Source of the DNA: Pseudobdellovibrionaceae bacterium
GTDB lineage: Bacteria; Bdellovibrionota; Bdellovibrionia; Bdellovibrionales; Bdellovibrionaceae
Direction: 5' to 3'
Assembly: GCA_044359815.1 (NCBI GenBank)
Contig: JBIKLL010000001.1
Location: 64,001-128,000 of the forward strand
Length of the DNA: 64,000 nucleotides
The notes below the pieces were generated by a model. It was not told where the DNA came from. It worked only from the letters and a program-made list of their open reading frames with translations, and made no database searches. The first letter of the stretch is position 1, and each line of letters opens with the position of its first letter. Positions 47,253-55,968 of the stretch are shown here, in pieces. The translations under genes and the position numbers were made by a program.

Positions 47253-48641
47253 ATGGAAAAATTATCAGTATTGATTGTCGATGATGAAGAAGTCCTAAGA
47301 CAAAATGTTGCGGCGACTTTAAAATCACATTTGTCTGATATTAGTTTTACAGTGACTGAAGCGGTGAACGGCAAACAGGCCATAGACCTGGTTGATCAAG
47401 GTAAATTTGATTTGGTATTGATGGATGTTAAAATGCCTGAGCTGGACGGTTTGGAAGCCCTGAAAATTATCAAGGAGCATGACCCCAGTACCTTTGTTGT
47501 TATCATGACGGCTCACGGAAATCTGCAAGACGCTATCACCGCCATCAAGGAAGGGGCTTATGACTATCTGGAAAAACCAGTGCAGCCAGAAAAGCTTTCG
47601 CAACTGGTCCGAAGGGCCTTGGAAGCCAGAGAAATGGTTTCAAGCCTAGCCTTATCAAATCCTATTTTTGATGACGATCTGGATACAGACTTTGTAGGTA
47701 ACTCGCAGAAAATGAAAGAGGTCTACAATCTGATTTACAAACTGTGCAAGGTCGACACAACTGTTTTGGTTCGCGGGGAAAATGGAACTGGCAAGGAACT
47801 GGTAGCCAAGGCCATCCATTTAAACTCACACCGCAAAGGCGGTCAGTTTGTGGCAATAAACTGTGGAGCTATCCCTGAAAATCTGATGGAAAGTGAACTG
47901 TTTGGTCACGAAAAAGGAGCCTTCACAGGAGCTAGCGAAAGACGAGTGGGAAAGTTTCAATTGGCTAACAACGGAACCTTGTTTTTGGATGAAGTTGCAG
48001 AGCTTAAGCCCGAAATGCAGGTGAAGCTGTTGAGAGTCCTGCAGGAAAAAACTTTTGTACCCGTAGGTGGCAATCGCGAAGTTAAAACCAACACTCGAAT
48101 TATAGCCGCCACAAATCAGAATATTGAAAAAATGATGGAGGACGGACAGTTTCGAGAAGACCTGTTTTACCGTCTGAACGTTATGCCGATTTTTTTACCG
48201 CCATTACGCGACCGAAAAGAAGATTTACCTTCACTTGTTCAACACTTTATTAAAAAGTTTTCAAAAATTCATTCTTCAAAAATTGCCAACATTTCGGTTG
48301 ATGCTTTAAAGCTACTTACCGAATACCGCTGGCCTGGAAATATCAGGGAACTGGAAAATACAATTGAACGGGCTTTTATTGTGGAATCAGGCAGTCAGAT
48401 TGAAGCAGCCTCATTGCCAGACCAAATCCGCTTTGTAAAAACTGAAACAATCAGCAAAGATCAAAACCGAGAATTAAATTTTGAAACATTTAAAGAAAGT
48501 TCTGAAAAGGAATTTATCATTAGCGCGTTGATGGCCAACAAAGGTAAAATCAATCAAACCGTGGCTCACGCAAATATTCCTAAAAACACTTTGCTGAGAA
48601 AAATCAGAAAATATAATATTGATCCAGAAGATTATAAATAA
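47253..48641 (+). CDS. NtrC-family sigma-54 response regulator
   Basis: REC domain, GENGTGKE, GAFTGA, WPGNIREL, HTH. Confidence 0.93.
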   Translation: MEKLSVLIVDDEEVLRQNVAATLKSHLSDISFTVTEAVNGKQAIDLVDQGKFDLVLMDVKMPELDGLEALKIIKEHDPSTFVVIMTAHGNLQDAITAIKEGAYDYLEKPVQPEKLSQLVRRALEAREMVSSLALSNPIFDDDLDTDFVGNSQKMKEVYNLIYKLCKVDTTVLVRGENGTGKELVAKAIHLNSHRKGGQFVAINCGAIPENLMESELFGHEKGAFTGASERRVGKFQLANNGTLFLDEVAELKPEMQVKLLRVLQEKTFVPVGGNREVKTNTRIIAATNQNIEKMMEDGQFREDLFYRLNVMPIFLPPLRDRKEDLPSLVQHFIKKFSKIHSSKIANISVDALKLLTEYRWPGNIRELENTIERAFIVESGSQIEAASLPDQIRFVKTETISKDQNRELNFETFKESSEKEFIISALMANKGKINQTVAHANIPKNTLLRKIRKYNIDPEDYK

Positions 48642-49651
48642 CTGGAGCTCAGCACCTGATCTGGTTTAATTGAATTCATGCATTCATGTGTTCCAATAGG
48701 ACAGCTTTCCGGACCGTGTTTGCCACAGGGCCTGCATTTTAGATTTTTATTTTCAATCAACTGCACATTCGGATTCCAAGGCACAAAACCCTGCTGGGGA
48801 ACCGTAGGACCAAAAATCGAAACAGTGGGCGTGCCAACCAACCCTGCTAAATGCTGTGCCCCACTGTCATTGCACACAATGGCCTTGCTACCTTTGATGA
48901 CACACAAAGATTCAAGTAATGAAGTTTTTCCTGCCAAAATAAATTGTTCGTGCTGAGTGATTTGCTGACAAAGAGCTCGCTCCCCCGCAGAGCCCATTAC
49001 ATAAACAGGCCCCTTTTTACTCAATTGATCAAAAACTGCCTTGAAGGAATCAATCTTCCATCTTTTAGTGCCCCACTGACTGCCAGGAAAAATTAAATAA
49101 TAACCACCAGGCACCAGATTGTATTTTGCCAGACACTCTGACATCAGTGTTGGATTGACTGAAACACGACAGGGATTTTGCTTAGGGTTTAGGGAATGAA
49201 TGATTTTATTGGTTCCAGAATCCATGGGCGACAGCAGACTGATCTGCCTTAGCGAATCCTGCAGACTGTGGTTTTTTGTAATCAGATGCTGACAGGCAAA
49301 AAAATTCCAAAAACTTTTGAAGCCGACAACACGAGAACATTTAATTAATTTTAAAAACCTTAAAGAAGTCAAAGAACTGTGGGCCGTAAAAAACCAATCA
49401 GGCTTTAACAAATTAATTTTCTGAGCCGTGATTTGATAACTGCTGAAATCAGATTTTTTTATCCCCAGAACTTCATCGGCGACTGAAAGGGATTCAAAAA
49501 AAGACACAAATTCTTTCCGGCAAACAAAAATCAATCTGCAGTTTGGCGAAAATTCTTTGATACGATTTAAAACCGGAACTGCCAAACAAGCATCACCTAA
49601 AAAAGCTGGCTGATAGTAAACTATAGTTTTTAAATCAGATGAGGCATTCAT
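48632..49651 (-). CDS. GT9 LPS heptosyltransferase-like protein
   Basis: FLGD, PGSQWGTKRW, NDSGAQH, FGPT, CRPC. Confidence 0.9.
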   Translation of the reverse strand: MNASSDLKTIVYYQPAFLGDACLAVPVLNRIKEFSPNCRLIFVCRKEFVSFFESLSVADEVLGIKKSDFSSYQITAQKINLLKPDWFFTAHSSLTSLRFLKLIKCSRVVGFKSFWNFFACQHLITKNHSLQDSLRQISLLSPMDSGTNKIIHSLNPKQNPCRVSVNPTLMSECLAKYNLVPGGYYLIFPGSQWGTKRWKIDSFKAVFDQLSKKGPVYVMGSAGERALCQQITQHEQFILAGKTSLLESLCVIKGSKAIVCNDSGAQHLAGLVGTPTVSIFGPTVPQQGFVPWNPNVQLIENKNLKCRPCGKHGPESCPIGTHECMNSIKPDQVLSSSYL

Positions 49652-49652
49652 T

Positions 49653-50750
49653 TTAAGGTTGGCCAGGGTTTAGTTCGATGACTTCAGACACTAAGGTTCC
49701 TATGCGGATTTTAGACTCAATTTTCAGAATGTATTTTCTGTCATCATCAGAAAGCCACATGTAATTGTCACCAGTGGGTTGAAACTTACCCTTTAGTTCC
49801 ACCTGTGGTCTAATCACAATTGTGTTAAATTCGCCGATATCAGTCTTAATCCGCTCTTTCCTGATGGCTGTGGCTTTGAAAATCAGATTTTCATTGTCGT
49901 GAGCAATTCTGAACTGAATTTCTTTGCCCACATCCCACTGAAAAGTTCGTAAATAGTAAACTGTCGAATACACATTCTGAGAATACGGCAGCATATCCCA
50001 CTCAAGCTTGCGCTCCTGCTCTCCATCTTGAGCCGTGACTTTCTTTTCCCAAAACTTGGCCTTTAAAGTGTTGAAATCAAAAAAGGCCCTGGCTTCACGG
50101 ACCTGTGATTTTTCACGAACATGCAGGGTAAATACCGATGGCACCAGAGTTTCAAAATCAACCAATGTGGTCAGGGTGTCATTGACCGAATAAAAACTAG
50201 AAAACAGCGAACTGGTTTTGATACCCATAAAAAAGTTGTAGGATTTTTTGCCATTAACCTCTGCAAAGGGCTTAACCTCGATATTCATGGTCCCGGCAGT
50301 CACGTTAAAATAGTGGACCCTGTGAACCACCTTTTCGCCTGCCCTAAAAGGATCTTTGATAGGTCTTCTTCCAACAAAACCTTCTGAGGGCTCAATGTCA
50401 GGCTGTCTTTTGTTTACGTCAACTTTCTCTGTACCCTTTGTGTTTGCTTTTGATTCCGACTTAGTTTCTGCCTTAGTTTTTGCCTTTGTAGGATTCTTGG
50501 CTGGCGAAGTCATGTTAGAAATTTTAACCGCTTCAGTTTCAACTAATTTTGATTCACCAGATGGTTTTTGATCCTCAGCTGGGATAAAGATTTTGACTTG
50601 ATTTTCAAACTCTTCGTTTTTAGCGAGCTTTTCAGTATCAATATTTTTAAGCTTTTTGGATGCACATCCCAGCAGAATGAGGCAAAAAATAAAAGCTGAG
50701 TATTTGTTAATCAACCGAAAACCTTCCATCTTCTGTGCACCCACATCCAT
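49653..50750 (-). CDS. DUF3108-like lipoprotein
   Basis: Lipobox LLGC; PFRAGE, WLSDD, KIESKIRIG pattern. True start probably downstream of 50750. Confidence 0.7.
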   Translation of the reverse strand: MDVGAQKMEGFRLINKYSAFIFCLILLGCASKKLKNIDTEKLAKNEEFENQVKIFIPAEDQKPSGESKLVETEAVKISNMTSPAKNPTKAKTKAETKSESKANTKGTEKVDVNKRQPDIEPSEGFVGRRPIKDPFRAGEKVVHRVHYFNVTAGTMNIEVKPFAEVNGKKSYNFFMGIKTSSLFSSFYSVNDTLTTLVDFETLVPSVFTLHVREKSQVREARAFFDFNTLKAKFWEKKVTAQDGEQERKLEWDMLPYSQNVYSTVYYLRTFQWDVGKEIQFRIAHDNENLIFKATAIRKERIKTDIGEFNTIVIRPQVELKGKFQPTGDNYMWLSDDDRKYILKIESKIRIGTLVSEVIELNPGQP

Positions 50751-51589
50751 TGATCGGGATACTGCCTGACAATGGCTTCGATTTTATCATTGTAGCTTTG
50801 TGTAAGCAGCTTAATTTGAGTGTCTTTGTCTGGATTTTCGATCAAAGGCAGTGGTTTTTCAAAAACCACGTGGGTGATAAAATCAGAATCCCTATAAACA
50901 TGCACTGGCACCACCGGAGCCCCCGTGCGGATAGCAAATAAAGCCAGACCATAGGCCGTACCCGTTTTGCGACCAAAAAATTCTGTTTCAATGCCGTAAG
51001 GAATGCTCATAAATTGATCCAGCACAAAGGCCACTGGTTGATTTTGCTTAAGGCATTTTAAAATGTCAAAAGCCGTTGAATTACCATGGGGCTCGATAAA
51101 TTTGACCCCCATTTTTTCCCTTATGCCAAACCAAAAATCATTGGCCAGTTTGTTTTTAAATTTTTTGGAAATCAGATTAAAAAATATTTTCTGATTCACC
51201 AACCGCACCACGCCCACATCGCCATTACCAACGTGCTGACTCAGAATCAAAACACCTTTTTTTGCCAACAAAGCTTCATTGAAATGCTCTAGTCCATAAA
51301 ATCGCGTTTTATCAGATATTGTTTTATTAGATTCAAATGGCAGTAAGCAAATTTCCACAAAATTATAACAGAGGTTTCGCATCGACTGTCTGGCAATAGT
51401 AAGCTTTTGTTCCTTTGAAAGATCAGGAAAAGCTATGGTTAAATTTCTGAGCACTGTGAATCTGCGGATTCTGAGGGCATCAAACCAAAGCCATGCCATA
51501 AAACGGGCCCAACCCCATCTGACAAATGGGGGCATCAGCCAAAAAAATAATCCGACAACCTTAGACAACAAGCTTGCGAAAATATTCAT
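50711..51589 (-). CDS. lpxL: Lipid A late acyltransferase (LpxL/HtrB family)
   Basis: HVGNGD, LDQ, FFG, PDQWMWVHRRWK. Confidence 0.88.
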   Translation of the reverse strand: MNIFASLLSKVVGLFFWLMPPFVRWGWARFMAWLWFDALRIRRFTVLRNLTIAFPDLSKEQKLTIARQSMRNLCYNFVEICLLPFESNKTISDKTRFYGLEHFNEALLAKKGVLILSQHVGNGDVGVVRLVNQKIFFNLISKKFKNKLANDFWFGIREKMGVKFIEPHGNSTAFDILKCLKQNQPVAFVLDQFMSIPYGIETEFFGRKTGTAYGLALFAIRTGAPVVPVHVYRDSDFITHVVFEKPLPLIENPDKDTQIKLLTQSYNDKIEAIVRQYPDQWMWVHRRWKVFG

Positions 51590-52553
51590 ATAAAAACTCA
51601 GGAGGCTCGGGATGCCATTGAAGGCTTTGGCGAACCGTAGTAATTGGTTTTGTAAAAGTAAAATTCTGAAGCTTGGTAAAATCTTTTTCAGTAGTCACTA
51701 TATCCGTAACCGCCTCGGCCTTGGCATGTTGATTGATACTGGCAATGGCCCTTTGATCGTATTGGTAATGATCGGGAAATTTTAAATGATAGAAAACTTT
51801 AAAATTAAATTGTTGAATGCTTTTTTCAAAATTATCGGGTCGAGCTATCCCACTGACCAATAACAGCTTTCTGGGAGCTGGCTGTAAATCCAATTCTGAC
51901 AGATAATTCATGCAGCAAACTTTGGCTTTAAATGGCAATACAGATTTTATTTGCTCGATAACCTGAGGCTCTACCCAATTGCATTTCGTCAGCACAATCA
52001 ACGATGCCCGCTCCAATGCAGAAATCGGTTCACGAGCCTGCCCCCAGGGGACTGTTTTCAAGGCCTCAACTCCCTGCGTGCAATCAATCAAAACAATGTC
52101 TAAATCTCTATGCAAACTTCTGTGCTGAAATCCATCATCAACAATCACAACCTGAGCTTTTATATTTTCATCAACATAACTGGCTGCTTTGTATTTCTGC
52201 TGACTGACGACCACTGGGGTTTCGGGATGTCTGTTCGCAAGCCAAGTAGCTTCATCACCGTACAGTTCAGCACTGTCTTTTCGCGACCAATCCACTTTCA
52301 CAGGATTGGTTGCCAAGGCCTTGTAACTGCGACTGATCACACAAGCCTTTAAGTTCATTTGCTCAAGCTCGCTCAATAGAAAATCGACAAAGGGAGTCTT
52401 GCCAGTTCCACCCATGGTCAAATTTCCCACGCTGATGACACAGGGTTTGATTCTGATTTGATCCAAAATAGCAGCGTCATACAGAAATTGATGAAACACG
52501 GTCAGCCCATCAACAACCTTAGAAAGAGGGTACTGAAACACTTTGGGAATCAT
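51561..52553 (-). CDS. lpxK: Tetraacyldisaccharide 4'-kinase
   Basis: SVGNLTMGGTGKTP, GDE, DDGFQH, TTEKD. Confidence 0.95.
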   Translation of the reverse strand: MIPKVFQYPLSKVVDGLTVFHQFLYDAAILDQIRIKPCVISVGNLTMGGTGKTPFVDFLLSELEQMNLKACVISRSYKALATNPVKVDWSRKDSAELYGDEATWLANRHPETPVVVSQQKYKAASYVDENIKAQVVIVDDGFQHRSLHRDLDIVLIDCTQGVEALKTVPWGQAREPISALERASLIVLTKCNWVEPQVIEQIKSVLPFKAKVCCMNYLSELDLQPAPRKLLLVSGIARPDNFEKSIQQFNFKVFYHLKFPDHYQYDQRAIASINQHAKAEAVTDIVTTEKDFTKLQNFTFTKPITTVRQSLQWHPEPPEFLYEYFRKLVV

Positions 52554-53698
52554 TGAACCTCCTGTAATAAATGAGTCGCGACTTTTTCAGAAGCGCCCCG
52601 ATTGCCTAACTTGAGCTTAATCTGTTTTAATTCCTGAACAGTGCTATTTCGCAAACTTTGGTCTTCAATGTACTTTGAACACAGTTGAAATAGTTCATCG
52701 ACATTAGCTTGCCCCTGAAATCGCTCAGGGACCAAGGACTTTTGCAAAATTAAATTTGGCAAACCAAAATATTTAACCCCCCTGATCAATATCCTTGCTA
52801 CCAAAGCCGTAAAGGCCTTCATGCGATAAATGATGACCATGGGCTTCTCCAACAAAGCCACTAACAGGGTCGCTGTGCCCGAGGTGGCTAAAATAAAATC
52901 GCACATCGAAATCATTTTTGAGGGATTGTCTTTTTGAACAATGATCGGAAATCTAACATCATCTAAAAATTGTTTAATAAACTGAGGATCCACTGTGGGC
53001 GCCACAAGCACCATGATTTTTACATGGGGAAACTGATTTACAATCTTTTTGGCCACCTCAAGCTGCACAGGAAAATTGAGCATCAGTTCGCTGCGACGAC
53101 TGCCAGGCATAATCCCGAATAAAAAATCAGAATCAGCAACACCACACTTAGTCCTGACTAGGCTTATGTGTTTTGGATTTAAAAATTCATCAGAAATTTC
53201 TTCCAAAATTGGATGACCAAAAAATTCGGCTTTTACCTGGTACTTTTTGTAAAAATCCAATTCAAAAGGAAACAATGTGATCACGTGATCACAATATTTT
53301 TTAATTTTATAAACCCGACTGGTGCGCCAAGCCCAAATCTGAGGAGTCACGTAGTAAACAACCTTTAAGCCCATTTTTTTAAGTTCTTTGGCAAGCATCA
53401 GATTGAATTCAGGATAGTCCATTATGACTACTAATTCTGGCCTTAAGCGCTTGGCCTCGGAAACCAGGTCCTTAAATATTTTTTTCAGTTTACTGTATTG
53501 ACCAGCGATTTCGACAATCCCCATGACAGCCATTTCTTCAGAATGGCCGATTCTGCGAAATCCCATTTTCTCCATCTGCAGATTACCAACACCAAACGCT
53601 TTCATTGACGGATTTTGCTTTTGCATCTCAGACAGCAATCTGACTGCATAACTGGCGCTCGAAGCTTCAGCAGCTATCATCATCACATTGCCAATCAT
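52550..53698 (-). CDS. lpxB: Lipid-A-disaccharide synthase
   Basis: DYPEFN, PQIWAWR, PFE, GHP, PGSR, SGTATL. Confidence 0.95.
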   Translation of the reverse strand: MIGNVMMIAAEASSASYAVRLLSEMQKQNPSMKAFGVGNLQMEKMGFRRIGHSEEMAVMGIVEIAGQYSKLKKIFKDLVSEAKRLRPELVVIMDYPEFNLMLAKELKKMGLKVVYYVTPQIWAWRTSRVYKIKKYCDHVITLFPFELDFYKKYQVKAEFFGHPILEEISDEFLNPKHISLVRTKCGVADSDFLFGIMPGSRRSELMLNFPVQLEVAKKIVNQFPHVKIMVLVAPTVDPQFIKQFLDDVRFPIIVQKDNPSKMISMCDFILATSGTATLLVALLEKPMVIIYRMKAFTALVARILIRGVKYFGLPNLILQKSLVPERFQGQANVDELFQLCSKYIEDQSLRNSTVQELKQIKLKLGNRGASEKVATHLLQEVQ

Positions 53699-53703
53699 TA
53701 ATT

Positions 53704-54621
53704 TCAGTCCTTAATTTTTTGAATGATTTTTTCGGTCCAAACCAAGGCCTGAAACCCGTCATCAGCACTGATCAACGGAGCCCTTTTATTTTTGATCGCT
53801 TGAACAAACTCCAGATTCTCTAACAACAAATGATCAGCTTTTTCCAACTGAGTTTTTACGGGAGCCGCAGTTCCTTCACAAATATGACATTCTAAATTAA
53901 CTAAATTGACGTAGCCTTGAGCTTTCTCGCTATTAATTGTGATTGATCGATCCACATGGGGACTGACTCTAGAAACTTTGAATGAGGCTGACATGCCTGA
54001 ATTCATTTTTAAAATAGCGCTGGCCCAATCCAATTGTTGGCTGACTACAGAACCACCATCAGAAACAAAATCCTTAACCCCTGATCTGTCCCAAGTAAAA
54101 AACAAATCCAAATCATGAATCATTAAATCATGCACTACAGAAACCTCTAGACTGCGATCCTTAAAAGGATTCAGTCTGCGAAATTCGACATGAGTGGGTT
54201 TGATGAATTTTTCCCTCAGAAATTTATAAGCGGGATTAAATCTTTCACTGTGCCCTACTGTTAAAATCAGTTTCTTGCTTTGAGCGATATTAATAATTTC
54301 CCGGGCTTCCGAGACCTTTTCACAGATAGGTTTTTCAACGTTAACATGCAGACCTAGCTCAAGACATTGCTTTGCCAGGGCAAAATGCGCAGGAGTGCTG
54401 GCCGAAATCACCACTGCTGCATTATTTTTGCAAAGCTCACCAACGGTAGAAAAAACTTTTTTCCCACCCCATTTTTCACAGGCCTGTTTTGCATTTTCAT
54501 TTTTTTGATCAAAGACTCCGGTAAATTCCAGATGCCCAGCTTTTTCCAGTTCCAAAAGCTTTTGTCCATGAAACTGCCCCAGGTATCCGGCTCCAATCAG
54601 AGCTGTCTTGATGGCCGTCAC
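53704..54621 (-). CDS. gnnA: Gfo/Idh/MocA oxidoreductase, probable UDP-GlcNAc 3-dehydrogenase GnnA
   Basis: GAGYLG, EKP, GHSERFNP, DLMIHD; lies between lpxA and lpxB. Confidence 0.75.
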   Translation of the reverse strand: MTAIKTALIGAGYLGQFHGQKLLELEKAGHLEFTGVFDQKNENAKQACEKWGGKKVFSTVGELCKNNAAVVISASTPAHFALAKQCLELGLHVNVEKPICEKVSEAREIINIAQSKKLILTVGHSERFNPAYKFLREKFIKPTHVEFRRLNPFKDRSLEVSVVHDLMIHDLDLFFTWDRSGVKDFVSDGGSVVSQQLDWASAILKMNSGMSASFKVSRVSPHVDRSITINSEKAQGYVNLVNLECHICEGTAAPVKTQLEKADHLLLENLEFVQAIKNKRAPLISADDGFQALVWTEKIIQKIKD

Positions 54622-55436
54622 TCTTCGTCGTCCAATCCGCCTTTTCGGGCAATGGCAATGCCTCGCTTTGAACTTTTGATAAACTGAATCAGATAATTTA
54701 AATGATCACTGGAAACACATTCGTTCTGAATTCGAATGATGGCTTCCTCGGTGGTCTCGGATCCTAGGACAATAATTCGGATAGCTTTGTGAATATTGGC
54801 AACCTCGTCTTTGGTAAAGCCATTTCGCAACAAACCAACTTTGTTGGTAGCGCTGATAAAACCATAGGTTCCATAAGCTCGAGCTCTCGCAAAAGGTATA
54901 ATGTCTTTATTGATAACCGCACCGCCGGCAATAAAAGCAAACTTGCCAATTTTAGAAAACTGATTGAACGCGCAAACGCCACCAATCACCACATTGTCTT
55001 CAATTGAAGTGTGTCCACCTAAATGAGTGTCATTAGCAATCACCACATTGTTAGCGATCTTACAATCATGTCCAATGTGAGTGTAGGTCATAAAATAGTT
55101 GTTGTTACCAATAGTCGTTTCCTTGTCGCCTTTTGAAGTCGCTAAATTCACAGTGGCAAATTCACGAAAATGATTGTTGTTTCCTATTTTAAGTCTGGTG
55201 ACCTCTGTTTTATAAGTGATGTCCTGTGGAGGTCCACCAATCACGGCACCCGGTGAAAAATGATTGTTACTGCCAATTTCTACAACGCCATGCTTTGACC
55301 CTATGGTCACATGACCTTCAACCAAAGTCCCAGGTCCTATTTTTACTTTGCCCTGAATCAGGCAGTAAGGACCAATCTCAGCTCCATCAGCAACATCAAC
55401 TTCACCTTGAATGACCGTAGATGGATGAATTTTCAT
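54618..55436 (-). CDS. lpxA: Acyl-ACP--UDP-N-acetylglucosamine acyltransferase
   Basis: Hexapeptide repeats, PQD, HIGHDC. Start set at ATG 55436. Confidence 0.95.
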   Translation of the reverse strand: MKIHPSTVIQGEVDVADGAEIGPYCLIQGKVKIGPGTLVEGHVTIGSKHGVVEIGSNNHFSPGAVIGGPPQDITYKTEVTRLKIGNNNHFREFATVNLATSKGDKETTIGNNNYFMTYTHIGHDCKIANNVVIANDTHLGGHTSIEDNVVIGGVCAFNQFSKIGKFAFIAGGAVINKDIIPFARARAYGTYGFISATNKVGLLRNGFTKDEVANIHKAIRIIVLGSETTEEAIIRIQNECVSSDHLNYLIQFIKSSKRGIAIARKGGLDDEE

Positions 55437-55437
55437 T

Positions 55438-55968
55438 CTATTTCTCTTTTTCAAACGCCTGGATTACGGTGTCGGTCAAATCAGCGTCCTTAGCAGCGTA
55501 CAAAAATCCTGGGCCCTGTTTTTCTAAAACAACGGCGTAGTCTTTTTCTTTGGCTATTTTTTCAAGCACAGTTCGCATTTTATCCATCACAGGTTCCAAA
55601 ACCTCGGCCTGCTTTTTCTGCATTTCCAGATTATTGTCAGCCAAGTTTTTCTGAAATTTCATACCTTCTTCTTCCAACTCGCCCCGTTTTTTCCCATAAA
55701 CTTCTTCTGATAAAACGGTCTTTTTCTTTTCCAAGTCTTGAGCCATTTTTTCCAGATCACCACGTTTTTTTTCTAGTTCTTTTTTCCGTTTATTGTATTC
55801 AACATCCAAAGTGTCTTTGGCTTTTTTACCCACAGACGTGTTTTCGATAAACTTTTTCACGTCCACATAGCCAACCTTGCTGGCGGCATTTGCTGTTCCG
55901 ACTAAACCCACTAAAGCCATAGCTGTGATTAAAAACTTCATAAATCCTCCTAGTGCAGTCATGCACAT
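55438..55968 (-). CDS. skp: Skp/OmpH periplasmic chaperone
   Basis: KVGYVD, coiled coil, DLT; follows bamA. Confidence 0.9.
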   Translation of the reverse strand: MCMTALGGFMKFLITAMALVGLVGTANAASKVGYVDVKKFIENTSVGKKAKDTLDVEYNKRKKELEKKRGDLEKMAQDLEKKKTVLSEEVYGKKRGELEEEGMKFQKNLADNNLEMQKKQAEVLEPVMDKMRTVLEKIAKEKDYAVVLEKQGPGFLYAAKDADLTDTVIQAFEKEK

